This document shows, piece after piece, positions 45,211-56,661 of a stretch of DNA of 64,000 nt. A model generated the notes under the pieces. The model worked only from the letters and a program-made list of their open reading frames with translations. It was not told the origin of the DNA and did no database searches. The DNA is taken from assembly GCA_001661245.1 (NCBI GenBank), contig KV454018.1, positions 743,996 to 807,995 of the forward strand. The letters run 5' to 3'. A program made the position numbers and the translations under genes. This stretch comes from Pachysolen tannophilus NRRL Y-2460 (taxonomy: Eukaryota). Numbering within the stretch: position 1 is the first letter of the stretch; each line of letters opens with the position of its first letter.

Positions 45211-45452
45211 AAATCCACTATCTATTATATTCTTATCAAAATATTAAATGAAATTATAACTGAAAAAAAAAAAAAAAAAAAAAAAAATTAAAAATTAAAA
45301 ATCAAAGATTATTCAAACAATTGACCCAAGATCAATTACAAAAACCAGGCAAATCAAACCAAAGAAAAATCCTTTAAATAAGAATGCCCAAAATAATCAA
45401 AAACAACAAATCGTCTCTTTAGAATTGAAATTAATTTTTAAATGATATTTGA

Positions 45453-45485
<33 letters not shown>

Positions 45486-45836
45486 ATATTAACCGCTTTC
45501 GAGATCCAGTACATTTTTGGGCTTTTTGACACCGGATGGAAAAACAGGAAAAAAAAAAAAAAAATCCAATTTTTTTGACATTTCGGCCACGACCGTGTTT
45601 TTGAGCATGATTTCTTTTGGTGATCAAAATTCCAGCGGTTAATTTTGTTTATCATTAACCATCAAGACAAAGTTATTTAAATTTTGTTTTTGCCTTTTTT
45701 TTCTTTTATTTTCTTCCTTCCTTTCACAAAGGAACCAAAAAAAAAAAAAAAAAAAACTTAAAAATCAAACAAAGAATTCAAAGCAATAACACAAATTTTT
45801 TAATTGATTAGATCGATAATTGAATTGTAAATTAAA

Positions 45837-48800
45837 ATGTCGATTTTTTTGGGTGTGTACCGTGCTCTTTATGATTACGGGGCCCAGAATGAAGAGGAGC
45901 TATCGATTGCTGAAAATGATATATTATATTTGTTGGAGAAATCTGATGTTGATGATTGGTGGAAGGTGAAGAAGAGTGATGATAGTCTGGGGTTGGTTCC
46001 CAAGACGTATATTGAGGTTTGTACTCCTATTAATAGAGCAACTGCATTGTACGATTATGACAAGCAAACTGAAGAAGAGATTTCATTTAAAGAAGGTGCT
46101 GTATTTGATGTTTATGATACTTCTGATGCCGATTGGATCTTGGTGGGGCTTAATAATGTTGAATTTGGGTTTGTTCCTTCGAATTATATAGAATTGGGTA
46201 ACGGCGGCAGCGCTGGCGGCAGTGGGAGCGCTGGTGGGATGTCTGCAACACCGGGTTCCGCCGCCGCCGCCGCCGCCACAGCGTCGGTTTTACAACAACG
46301 CCAATATGGATCCGTGGAAGAAGCTAATAAGATTTTACCCCCACCACAAAGACAGCAACGAGATGCTGTTGCGCCGGTTCCTGTGATGTCTGAGGATGAA
46401 CTGGTTCCTCCTGCTAAACCTTCAAGACCTGGGAGAGATATTCAACGAGAAGATAATCTGTACCAACACAAATATGAAGACGAAGGAGGAGAAGAAGGAG
46501 AAGAAGAAGAAGCACCACCGGCAAAACCTTCAAGGCCAAGGTCAAGCACTTTGCAAAGCTCAGCTACTAGTAACGATGGGTATTACGATGAACCTCTGAA
46601 TGATCTTGAATTCTCAAAAGATGATTTTTTCACTTGGAAAGTTCAAGAAATTGACGGTCGTAAGAAAATTAAAAGTACTTTAGCAATTGGTCACTCTGCA
46701 GTTTATTTATCACCAGAAGTTTCTACAGGTGAAACTCCAAGAAGGTGGGAAATTAAAAATTTAATTGAAGTTAAAAAGGAGAAAAAACATGTTTTTTTCG
46801 AATTTAAAAAACCTGTTTATACAAATATTGAATTACATGCTGGAACTGAAGATGCAGCTTCTGCAATTGTTTCTGTAGTTGGTGATATTAAAGGTGCAAT
46901 TTCAATGAAAGGTTTAAAAGAAATTAAGGCAGCATCAATTGCTCCTACAGAAAATGGTTACAAGACAGGAAGAATTATTTTTGATTTTGAAGCAGCAAGT
47001 GATGATGAATTGACTGTTAAGGAAAATGATACTGTTTACATTATAAATGATAGAAAATCTAGAGATTGGTGGGTTGTAGCAAATATTGAAACTGGAGAAG
47101 AAGGTCTTATTCCTTCAAATTATGTTGAAATTACAAAATCAGCAATGCCACCATCAAATCTTTTCTCTAAATTCAGTAATAGAATTGCTAATCCACACAA
47201 GAAAAAAACTAAAAAGAAGGAAAAAGAACGTAGAAAAGAGCTTGAAGAAGATTCAAGAGTTAGACTGAAAGATCGTCGTGATAAGAGAGATCGAGAAATG
47301 CGGGATAGAGATGAAAGAGAAGTAATTCGTAAACAAGATGATAAAGAAAGACTGAGACGTGAAAAGAAGTCCGGATCGTCTACAAAAGAAGATAAATCTA
47401 AACCAAATCCTCATAGAGTTCGTACTTGGATAGATAGTACTGGAACATTTAAAGTAGAAGCTGAATTTTTAGGATGTGTTGATGGTAAAATACATTTACA
47501 CAAAACAAATGGTGTCAAGATTGCAGTTGCAGCACCTAAACTATCAGTTGAAGATTTGGAATATGTTGAAAGATTAACTGGTATGTCTTTGGAAAATTAT
47601 AAACCAAAACTGAAAGAACAACTGAATGGTAAAACTAAAATTTCAAAAGATGACTCTACTGGAGTTTATCCAAGAACAATTACGAAAAAGTCAACTGGAC
47701 GTGAACCAGAATATGATTGGTTTGAATTTTTCCTTAACTGTGGAGTTGATGTAAATAACTGTCAGCGTTATACTTTGAATTTTAATCGTGAGCAAATGGA
47801 TGAAAATATTTTAGAAGATATTACTCCTTCACTTTTAAGAACTTTAGGTTTAAAAGAGGGAGATATTTTGAGAGTTATGAAATTTTTGGATAATAAATTT
47901 GACCGTAAGAAAAATGAGCCAGCATCTCAAGAGGGAACTCAAGGTGGTTTGTTTTCAGAATCTCATGGTGCATTGAAGACTGATAGAGGTGCATTGTCTT
48001 CTGATTCGCAAATTGATTTATCACAATTGCCTTCAATAGGTAAGAATTCAACAGAACAACTTCAAAAGACTAATGGTAATGGTAAATTTGAAGATGATGC
48101 TTGGGCTGTTAAACCAGCTGCTCAGACTGGTTCACAATCTAGTTTATTACAGCCGCTGCAGCAGCCTTCTAGACCTTCATCAGTTCCAACTCAAAATTTA
48201 ACAGGCTCTATTTCTGATCTTGTTAACTTGAAACCGATTGATGCATTGAATTCAAACAATAATAATAACAATAGTACAGGAGTGCAAAACCCAGTCCCTC
48301 TTAAACCAACCGCCCCTGCCTTACAACCAGCCAAGACTGGAGCGGATCTAGCACTGCAAATGAATTTAGTTCCTCAACAAACTAGTGGTACTATGGCTGC
48401 TCAGAGAACTGGTGCTAGTATGTTTTTATCTGCACAACCAACAGGATTTGTTCCTATTGGGTTTATACCAATTCAACAAACTGGTGGATATTTGCAGGAT
48501 CAAAGAACAGGTGGTTTAGTTGCTGTGAGAACAGGAGGTACTACTATTGGTGCTTCATCTGTAACAGGTTTGATAAATCCGGTTACCACAGGTGGATTTG
48601 GTACAGTACAGACCACCTTTGGTACTTCTACCAACCCATCTTTACCTTTACAACAAACTGGTCAGTTGCCACAGCTTACAGGTGGTGCTGGTATGATGCC
48701 ACAGACATCTTTTGGTACCACCTCTTCATTGCCATTACAACAAACGGGTTTTGTTCCACAAACTTCATTTGGCCAAATGTTAGTTCAGAAAACAGGTGGT

Positions 48801-49394
48801 AATATGGTAATGCCACAAACTTCATTTGGTAATAATGTCAATCCATATCCTTTACTGCAACCAACAGGAAGTTTTCCACAAAATAATTTTAATAATCCTG
48901 GTCCTACCACAACTTTCTCATCGCAGCCTACAGGGTTTATACCTCAAAATACTTTTACTAATAGTGCACTCTCTTTACCATCACAGCCAACTGGTTTTAT
49001 GCAACAAAATACATTTGGATCTAACAATAGTTATTTACCTAATCAGCAAACAAATTCTTTAGCATCAAATTCATTTGTTGGTGGTAATATGTTTCAACAG
49101 AATGGGTTTAACAATCAAAATTTGCAACAGCAGCAAACTTCAATCAACAACTTAAGCTCAATGTTTCAAAATACAGGTATTTCCTCAAATCCAACAGCTT
49201 CTTTTGGACAACAACCAACTTTTAACACAACTTTTGGTCAAGGGGGAGCAAATCCATTACAAGCTCAACCAACTGGGTTTGGTTTTGGAAACGCTCCTTC
49301 CACCAGTTTTGGTGTTCAAGAGCCATTACAAGCTCAAAAAACTGGAAGGGCTAATTTAGCCAACGCAACTCCTGACAACCCATTTGGATTTTAA
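45837..49394 (+). CDS. SLA1: Endocytic adaptor Sla1
   Basis: Three SH3 domains (ALYDY, FDFEA), SHD1 (RTWIDSTGTFKVEAEFLG...HLHKTNGVKIAV), SHD2 (YDWFEFFLNCGV), QxTG repeats, ANLANATPDNPFGF. Confidence 0.96.
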   Translation: MSIFLGVYRALYDYGAQNEEELSIAENDILYLLEKSDVDDWWKVKKSDDSLGLVPKTYIEVCTPINRATALYDYDKQTEEEISFKEGAVFDVYDTSDADWILVGLNNVEFGFVPSNYIELGNGGSAGGSGSAGGMSATPGSAAAAAATASVLQQRQYGSVEEANKILPPPQRQQRDAVAPVPVMSEDELVPPAKPSRPGRDIQREDNLYQHKYEDEGGEEGEEEEAPPAKPSRPRSSTLQSSATSNDGYYDEPLNDLEFSKDDFFTWKVQEIDGRKKIKSTLAIGHSAVYLSPEVSTGETPRRWEIKNLIEVKKEKKHVFFEFKKPVYTNIELHAGTEDAASAIVSVVGDIKGAISMKGLKEIKAASIAPTENGYKTGRIIFDFEAASDDELTVKENDTVYIINDRKSRDWWVVANIETGEEGLIPSNYVEITKSAMPPSNLFSKFSNRIANPHKKKTKKKEKERRKELEEDSRVRLKDRRDKRDREMRDRDEREVIRKQDDKERLRREKKSGSSTKEDKSKPNPHRVRTWIDSTGTFKVEAEFLGCVDGKIHLHKTNGVKIAVAAPKLSVEDLEYVERLTGMSLENYKPKLKEQLNGKTKISKDDSTGVYPRTITKKSTGREPEYDWFEFFLNCGVDVNNCQRYTLNFNREQMDENILEDITPSLLRTLGLKEGDILRVMKFLDNKFDRKKNEPASQEGTQGGLFSESHGALKTDRGALSSDSQIDLSQLPSIGKNSTEQLQKTNGNGKFEDDAWAVKPAAQTGSQSSLLQPLQQPSRPSSVPTQNLTGSISDLVNLKPIDALNSNNNNNNSTGVQNPVPLKPTAPALQPAKTGADLALQMNLVPQQTSGTMAAQRTGASMFLSAQPTGFVPIGFIPIQQTGGYLQDQRTGGLVAVRTGGTTIGASSVTGLINPVTTGGFGTVQTTFGTSTNPSLPLQQTGQLPQLTGGAGMMPQTSFGTTSSLPLQQTGFVPQTSFGQMLVQKTGGNMVMPQTSFGNNVNPYPLLQPTGSFPQNNFNNPGPTTTFSSQPTGFIPQNTFTNSALSLPSQPTGFMQQNTFGSNNSYLPNQQTNSLASNSFVGGNMFQQNGFNNQNLQQQQTSINNLSSMFQNTGISSNPTASFGQQPTFNTTFGQGGANPLQAQPTGFGFGNAPSTSFGVQEPLQAQKTGRANLANATPDNPFGF

Positions 49395-49835
49395 GTTTAG
49401 AGAAAAATGATCAAAAAATTTTTTATTTTATTTTATTTTTACTTCTAATTTTTGATGACAGTTTCAAGACTTTTTTTTTTTTTTCACAATATGAGCTTAT
49501 CACTTTTTAAATTTTATCCTAGACTTGTGTTTTTCCGAATTTTGTTGTTATTTTCTAGTAAATTAGTTTTAACTCAAGTTTCTTTCTTTTCATATTTAAG
49601 CTAAAATAAGCTGTAACATTTGTGTTTTCTCAAAAATATATTTATATCAAGATTAAAAGTTTTCAATGTTCATCATAAGTTTTTTTACAAAATTGTAGAT
49701 ATTATCAAAACTTTAGAATATTAAAATAAAACAATTATTTAAGAAATGATACAATGGTACCTTTCACTATAAAATAGAAAAGAAATAATAATATTAAAAA
49801 AAAAGCAAAAAAAAAAGCAACTATATATAAGTTTC

Positions 49836-50777
49836 CTAATAACCAAAACCTACATGGCCATACCAAGGATTATCGGTATATCTTTTATGAGGACCTGATT
49901 CCAAAAATTCGATATCTTCCTTAGTCAATGGAACCAATTTTTTAACAGATTGAATTCTCTTTGGATTTAATGATTTTGGAATAACGATTCTGCCACTTTG
50001 AATATGATAACTATATAGAATCTCATTAATATTATAATCTTTATACTTCTCCGTCAAGGCAGCAGCTCTTTTATTTTTAATCAATGGAGCACCATTTCCA
50101 CCACCACCCAAGGGAGAATAAGCAGTGACAATAATATCATTTTCAGCACAAAAATCACCCAATTCAGTTTGTGGGAATTCTGGATGACATTCAATCTGAT
50201 TATTGACAGGTTTAACTTTACAAGTCTTTAACAATTGTTTCAATTTTCTAACTGGGAAATTGGCTACACCTAATGATTTAATCTTACTTGTCTTGTGATA
50301 AATTTCTTCCATCTGCCTATAAGTATCCAAGTAATCAGCCTTTTCAGCCAAGATAATTTCACCCAGATCATCAACAGGAGTCAGTGGATAACCATCTGGA
50401 CCTGATTCAAAACAAAGAGGCCAATGCTGCAAGAACAAGTCCACATAGTCAACACCCAATTGTTCTAAAGACCGATCCAACGATTTTTCAACCTTATCAT
50501 GCATGGAGGGCCAAACTTTAGTGGTGATGAACAAATCTTCACGTTTAACAATCCCTCTATCAAACACATCTTTCAAAGCCTTACCAATATAAGGCTCAGT
50601 TTCATAATACCATGCAGTATCAATATGCCTAACACCTTCTTCAATTGCTGTAATAACCGCCTGGGTGATCTTATGATGCTGGCTTTCATCTTCATTATAT
50701 GTACCTAACCCAAATGCAGGTACTTTCTTCCCATCATTGAGGGTGTAATAAACATCAGTCAATAACTTTGGAGACAT
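49836..50777 (-). CDS. ARA1: Aldo-keto reductase, D-arabinose 1-dehydrogenase type
   Basis: ATG 50777; GLGT, RHIDTAWYYETEP, REDLFITTKVWP, LQHWPLCFE...TPVDD, DYLDTYRQME, IPKS. Confidence 0.8.
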   Translation of the reverse strand: MSPKLLTDVYYTLNDGKKVPAFGLGTYNEDESQHHKITQAVITAIEEGVRHIDTAWYYETEPYIGKALKDVFDRGIVKREDLFITTKVWPSMHDKVEKSLDRSLEQLGVDYVDLFLQHWPLCFESGPDGYPLTPVDDLGEIILAEKADYLDTYRQMEEIYHKTSKIKSLGVANFPVRKLKQLLKTCKVKPVNNQIECHPEFPQTELGDFCAENDIIVTAYSPLGGGGNGAPLIKNKRAAALTEKYKDYNINEILYSYHIQSGRIVIPKSLNPKRIQSVKKLVPLTKEDIEFLESGPHKRYTDNPWYGHVGFGY

Positions 50778-51381
50778 ATTCAATTCAATTCAATTCAATT
50801 CAATTAAAACAATATTATTTAGATATTCAATTTTAAATAATTCACAATAATGAATTTTTTTACAAACCAGCCTACTTGAACTTGATTAATATATATATTA
50901 TACGATATTTACATAGATAGATATTTGTAGAAAGAGCAACTGTAAAGTTTGAGCATGAGCAAAGTTGCTCATGCTCTTTCCCGCTCCTCCCCCCATCAAG
51001 GTTCAAGGGAAATAATTGATAATTTACATCAAGATTAATAGATCAATTACATACCAATACAAAAGATAAATCAATCTCTTTAATTCATCTCTCTGATCTA
51101 GATCAATTAAGGATAATTAAAATAACTATTAGTATCAATTTGGTATCAATTGGGCGGACACACTCGGTGAATTTACCTAAAACGTTTTTACTTAAAAAAA
51201 CAGGAAAATTAAATAACAAATAATAACAAAAAAAAAGAAGCAACAACAGAAATTTAAATAATAATTGCAACATGATTAGTGCTTTCATTGTGAGGGTAAA
51301 AAGTAATAAATATTATTTCTGAAAATAAAAAATAAAAAAAAAGAGAGAGAGTAGTAGTAAGGGTTTGATTATTGTGAAAGG

Positions 51382-53517
51382 ATGAGTTCTTATGCTGTTG
51401 TTCCTCCACCTAATTATAAAGATGGTATGAGTATTATGGATATGATTGATGGGTTACCGTTACCATTTGAGCAGACTACAAAATCAATTGCGTTACCAGA
51501 TAGTGAAGAAGATGGGTTTTCACCAATATTTAGGAATAATGCATCTAAAGAAAATTTAATTTCTGTTATACATCCTAAATTATTAACTCTGTATGATTTA
51601 TTTGAAAATTCTGTTAAAGAATTTGGTGATTTTAAATGTATTGGTAAAAGGTTATTTAATAAAAAAAATAATAAATTTGATGATTTTTTCACTTTTAAAA
51701 CTTATAGAGAAGTTCAAATCATTAGAAATAAGATTGGAAGTGGTGCTTTACATTTAATGTCTAAATATCCTGAAGTTGATCAATCAAATATCATTTTGAG
51801 TTTATATTCACCAAATAGAATTGAATGGTTATATGCAGATTTAGCATGTCATGCATTTTCTATAGCTGATGTTGCATTATATGATACTTTAGGTCCTGAA
51901 TCTTCAAAATATATTTTAACACTTACCAAATCACCAATTATTATTCTTGCAAAGGATAAAATTCAAACCATTTTAAATTTAAAAACTAATCATGATGATT
52001 TATCAACTTTAAAAGTTGCAGTATCAATGGATGTATTGGATCCAATTGAAGATTCTGAAATTATTCAATTGGCTAGAGAAAAAAATGTTAAACTTTATGA
52101 TTTTGATGAATTGATTGCTATTGGTGGTAAATTCCCATCAGATGTCATTCCTCCAACAAGAGATACGATATTTACCATTTCTTTTACCTCGGGTACAACA
52201 GCGGTACCAAAAGGTTGTTGTCTAAACCATTCTTCTGCAGCAGCTGCAGCAGCTCTTTGCTTTACTCAAATTCATGTGCCAAAAAATGCCATTTCATTGG
52301 TTTTCCTACCTCTTGCACATGTGTTGGAAAGATACAAAGTCTTGTACGAAATGTCTCATGGTACAGCAGTTGTTTTCCCTCATAATCCTTCAAAACCATT
52401 AACTTTCTTGGAGGATATAAAAATTGTTAAACCTACTCATTTATCTGCAGTTCCAAGATTATACAATAGAATTGAATCTGGTATTAAAGAACAAATTGCT
52501 TCAGCCAAGGGAATAAGTGGGATTATTCTGAGATTTGCAGTTTCTTATAAAATCAGTGCTGTTAAATCAGGAGTTCATGGTGATGAAACATATATATGTG
52601 CCCTTTTAAATAAATTGGTTATAAACAAGATTAGAGAAAAAATCGGTTTTGCTAATTTAGATTTCTTGATTAGTGGTTCTGCTCCTTTAAGCAGTGAAAG
52701 TATTTTATTTTTAAGAGCTGTTTTAAATTGTGGATTTTATCAAGGTTATGGTTTAACTGAATCATTTGCTGGTATTGCAATTACTACTCCGAAAGATACT
52801 AATCCAAATTCTTGTGGTGCAATTGGTGTTACTTCTGAAATGAGATTAAGAGATATTCCAGAGATGGGTTATTCCTATAAAGAAAATAGATCTGGAGAAT
52901 TATTATTAAGAGGTCCACAAATTTTTCAGGCTTACTATAAAAATGAAAAAGTTTATGCTGAAGCAACCAAGGATGGTTGGTTTTATACTGGAGATGTTGT
53001 TAAATTGACTGAAAATGGCAATAAACTTATTGTTATTGATCGTGCTAAAAATTTCTTCAAATTAAGTCAAGGTGAATATATTGCTTCTGAAAAGATTGAA
53101 AATATATACTTATCTAACGTTCCTTTCTTGAATCAGTTGTTCATTTATGGTGATTCGTTCCAATCTTTCTTGGTAGCAGTTGCTAACGTTGACGCAATTA
53201 AGTTATTTTCTTACTTGAAAGAAAATTTCTCTGAAAAGCATTTTAAAATTAAAGATCTGAAAACTTTAGAAAAAGCTTTAAACACTCCTGAAATCAGAAA
53301 ACTAACTTTAATTCAAATTAACAAATTAATTTCTAAATCAAAACTTAATGGATTGGAAAAGATTAAAAATATTAGTTTGGTCGAACCTTTTACAGTTGAA
53401 AGTGGGGTTATCACTCCAACTTTGAAAATTAAAAGACCAAATGCTAAAAAGTTTTATGATGGACAAATTAATGATATGTATGAAGAGGGAATTCTAGATA
53501 CGAAACTAGATGAATGA
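51382..53517 (+). CDS. FAA2: Long/medium-chain fatty acyl-CoA synthetase (Faa2-like)
   Basis: ISFTSGTTAVPKG, FLPLAHVLE, QGYGLTES, GWFYTGD, IDRAKNFFKLSQGEYIA, TPTLKIKR. Confidence 0.8.
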   Translation: MSSYAVVPPPNYKDGMSIMDMIDGLPLPFEQTTKSIALPDSEEDGFSPIFRNNASKENLISVIHPKLLTLYDLFENSVKEFGDFKCIGKRLFNKKNNKFDDFFTFKTYREVQIIRNKIGSGALHLMSKYPEVDQSNIILSLYSPNRIEWLYADLACHAFSIADVALYDTLGPESSKYILTLTKSPIIILAKDKIQTILNLKTNHDDLSTLKVAVSMDVLDPIEDSEIIQLAREKNVKLYDFDELIAIGGKFPSDVIPPTRDTIFTISFTSGTTAVPKGCCLNHSSAAAAAALCFTQIHVPKNAISLVFLPLAHVLERYKVLYEMSHGTAVVFPHNPSKPLTFLEDIKIVKPTHLSAVPRLYNRIESGIKEQIASAKGISGIILRFAVSYKISAVKSGVHGDETYICALLNKLVINKIREKIGFANLDFLISGSAPLSSESILFLRAVLNCGFYQGYGLTESFAGIAITTPKDTNPNSCGAIGVTSEMRLRDIPEMGYSYKENRSGELLLRGPQIFQAYYKNEKVYAEATKDGWFYTGDVVKLTENGNKLIVIDRAKNFFKLSQGEYIASEKIENIYLSNVPFLNQLFIYGDSFQSFLVAVANVDAIKLFSYLKENFSEKHFKIKDLKTLEKALNTPEIRKLTLIQINKLISKSKLNGLEKIKNISLVEPFTVESGVITPTLKIKRPNAKKFYDGQINDMYEEGILDTKLDE

Positions 53518-53645
53518 AAGAGCTACAAAAGATAGCTAATACTTATTTTTTTTTTATTATTATTATTTTAGTTTTATTTTATATTTGAATTTTTCCTATA
53601 CTTTCTTTTCTGGTTATTAATATTTAATAAATAAAACGACTAAAT

Positions 53646-56525
53646 TTATAAACACAAAACTTCTTGTATGAATTTATCATTTTTAACATCATTGACGTAT
53701 TTCTCATTAACTAGTTTTTTCAAAAGTTCTACTGCATCCTGGATTTTGGTATTATCGTTCAAAGCATTTTCATCGACATTTTCTTTCCATTCCTTCAAGA
53801 TTTTTTTCAAAATTGCATTTCCAGCTAAGATTTCCTCTTCAGAACACTTTGATTTCTTTTCTCTTACATATGGATCATCATTGTTATATTCCTCCAACTC
53901 TGTAGCTTTTCTTTTAGCCATGGATATAATTTTTTGAGGAAAATTGACAATCTCAGCAACGTGAACACCAAAAGATTGATCTGAGATACCTGGCTCCACT
54001 TTATACAATAATGTAATATCTTCTGATGTACCTTTATCATCTTCTATATGAGCTACAACATGCAAATTGTCTACTGTCTTGACAATATCAGCTAAATTTG
54101 TCAATTCATGGAAATGTGTTGCAAACAAAGTAAAGCATTTGATCTTAGTTGAAATGTGCTCACTTATAGACCATGCTAACCCAAATCCATCATATGTAGA
54201 AGTACCTCTACCCAATTCATCAACTATAATAAGAGAGTTTTTAGTGGCAGCTCTTAAAATTGAAGACATTTCCAACATCTCTGTCATAAAAGTAGACACA
54301 CCTTTTAATTGAGAATCAGATGCCCCTACTCTTGCCAATATTGAGTCGAATATACATAATTCTGCTTCGGTACAAGGAACAAAACAACCAATCTGCGCCA
54401 TTAATGCGATTACTCCGATTTGTCTAATATACGTAGATTTACCACCCATATTTGGTCCAGTAATAATAGAAAATTCCTTTTCATTCGAAATTAATGTTAC
54501 ATCGTTTGCAATAAAAGTGATATCATCTTGACTTTCTAAGCATGGGTGTCTAGAATCTTTTAATACACACTTTCTAGTTGAATCGTCAATTCCACCAGAA
54601 ATTTTTGGTTTGACGTATGGAATTGGTGCGTAGGATGAAACATGGGCAAATGAGACCAAGACATCTAATATGGAAAGTTTTATAGAAAGTTTAATGAAAA
54701 GGGAACTATAAGTAGAAGCAATAGAGACTATTTCCTTGATTAAACCATTGGAAAGTTTCTCATATTCTTCCTGCAACGAAGCGACTTTTTCTGATAATTC
54801 TTTCAATTTTGATGTTGTGAAGAAAACACCAGATTTAACTGTTTGCAATTCTTTATAATTCTTATCTCCTCTAATGACAGAAGAATCAGTCCTGGTTAAC
54901 CTAAAACACCAACCATGAATATGATGATTTTCTAATTTTAATTTTTTATCCATTTCCATTTGTAAATCTTCAGCTGCCCATCTATGACATTTTTTAATTT
55001 CATCTTTGACTTTGACTAATCGTTCATTGATCAGCATTAAATTTTCATCGAATTCTGGGTTTACAGTGACTAAATTGTTAGAATTCAATTGAGAAGCGGA
55101 AGTTGCTTCATCTAATGCTTTCAAATCAATTGTAGATTCGACTAACTCCTGGAATTTGTTTAATTTTACTGAATAATCAAAAATTGGATCAACCCATAAC
55201 TCTTTCATAAATTCTTTTAAATTAACTTCATCAGTTGCATCCTCTTCATCCATCATATCATTTAAAGATTGAGTGAGAAGTTCTAATAAATCTGGTAACT
55301 TGACACATAATTGATAACATCTGATCACATCATTCAAACTAGATGATGCTGATTTAGGGTTACTCAATTTTTTAACTAATTTAACAATATCAGGCACTTG
55401 ATTTAAAAAATTATTTTGTAAAGAAGTACGTAAATTGGAGTCATTCACTAAAAGTTCAACTACTCTCAATCTTTTGTTAATTTCTAATTTATCGACCAAT
55501 GGTTGTTTCAACCATTGAGAGAGTAATCTTGTACCACCAATAGTCTTACAATGATTCAACAAGCCGAATAAACTTGAGTTTTTATTCATTGGATTAGCAT
55601 TTATATGGGCTTGTGGAAAAAGATTCAATGCTCTAACTGCAGAATAATCCAATTTCATAAACTGTTCTAATTTATAATCAATTAAAGACCAATTACCAGA
55701 ACTTTGATCATCGTTAATCAAATTCAAGTAATTAATTAATGAGTTACAACAGGCCTGTGCTAAGAATAATGATGAAATACTATTTGTAGACAATACTAAG
55801 TCATCACCAGTTAGCCTTCTTAGATCCTGTTCTATATTTTTATTATTAAACTCTGAAGGTTTCATTGTTGAAATAACAATATTACAGCGGTCAATAACTT
55901 GTGTTAATTTCACAAAATCTAAATCTTTTTGCTGTTGATCACCTGAAGATGGAATAATACATTCATTGACACCTAATTGAATCAACATTGATTCTAGATT
56001 TGAAAATAACTCATTATCAATAAATTCGGATAACCCAATAATCTTATTATTGGTATCAACAAAACACAATCCAAATTTCTTACCACCTTCCAGATTACTA
56101 TTAACCAATTTAACTGAAGCAATTATTGGCAGAGAGTTCAAATCATTACTATTGATCATATCTTCAATTTGATTCAAGTTCCCTGGAGATGCCAATTTCA
56201 ACAATTTCCAATTTTTATCATAAATTTCCAACTTATGACCCATTTCTAAAATAGCAATCTTTAACAAGTTGGAAAAAACCGATGGTGATATAGTGACATA
56301 CTTGATCTTATGATTATTATAATTATGATATTTGATAACCGAATTTGTCTTATATATGATTTCAGCAACAAGTTGGGCGTCATCATCTAACACGATGTAG
56401 TAATCAACTTTATCAACAACTCTTATAGTCTTTTCATCCTTTTCTGAGAGCCTTAAAAAGCTCTTATAAAAACTCGACTCATCAGAACTATCACTGAACT
56501 TCAACTCTGGCCTGATACTAGACAT
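53646..56525 (-). CDS. MSH2: DNA mismatch repair protein Msh2
   Basis: MSSIRPELKF start, ASPGNL, TGPNMGGKSTYIRQ, DSQLKGVSTFM, DELGRGTSTYDGFGLAW, FATHFHELT. Confidence 0.97.
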   Translation of the reverse strand: MSSIRPELKFSDSSDESSFYKSFLRLSEKDEKTIRVVDKVDYYIVLDDDAQLVAEIIYKTNSVIKYHNYNNHKIKYVTISPSVFSNLLKIAILEMGHKLEIYDKNWKLLKLASPGNLNQIEDMINSNDLNSLPIIASVKLVNSNLEGGKKFGLCFVDTNNKIIGLSEFIDNELFSNLESMLIQLGVNECIIPSSGDQQQKDLDFVKLTQVIDRCNIVISTMKPSEFNNKNIEQDLRRLTGDDLVLSTNSISSLFLAQACCNSLINYLNLINDDQSSGNWSLIDYKLEQFMKLDYSAVRALNLFPQAHINANPMNKNSSLFGLLNHCKTIGGTRLLSQWLKQPLVDKLEINKRLRVVELLVNDSNLRTSLQNNFLNQVPDIVKLVKKLSNPKSASSSLNDVIRCYQLCVKLPDLLELLTQSLNDMMDEEDATDEVNLKEFMKELWVDPIFDYSVKLNKFQELVESTIDLKALDEATSASQLNSNNLVTVNPEFDENLMLINERLVKVKDEIKKCHRWAAEDLQMEMDKKLKLENHHIHGWCFRLTRTDSSVIRGDKNYKELQTVKSGVFFTTSKLKELSEKVASLQEEYEKLSNGLIKEIVSIASTYSSLFIKLSIKLSILDVLVSFAHVSSYAPIPYVKPKISGGIDDSTRKCVLKDSRHPCLESQDDITFIANDVTLISNEKEFSIITGPNMGGKSTYIRQIGVIALMAQIGCFVPCTEAELCIFDSILARVGASDSQLKGVSTFMTEMLEMSSILRAATKNSLIIVDELGRGTSTYDGFGLAWSISEHISTKIKCFTLFATHFHELTNLADIVKTVDNLHVVAHIEDDKGTSEDITLLYKVEPGISDQSFGVHVAEIVNFPQKIISMAKRKATELEEYNNDDPYVREKKSKCSEEEILAGNAILKKILKEWKENVDENALNDNTKIQDAVELLKKLVNEKYVNDVKNDKFIQEVLCL

Positions 56526-56655
56526 TCTTCTATCAATAAGCTATGAATCAAAGACGTCAAAACAAGAACAAAGAAGTTATAAAAAATAAATTCAATGAGA
56601 GTACAATTATTGAAAATTATTAATAAAAAAAATAATACCTTTAAAAGTACATGAG

Positions 56656-56661
56656 ACGCGT
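56656..56661. promoter_or_regulatory. MCB element (ACGCGT) upstream of MSH2
   Basis: Exact ACGCGT about 130 bp before the MSH2 ATG. Confidence 0.55.

Noticed and set aside
48300..49394. Repetitive QxTG/PQTSFG C-terminus of Sla1
   Set aside because: A known feature of Sla1 proteins, not novel
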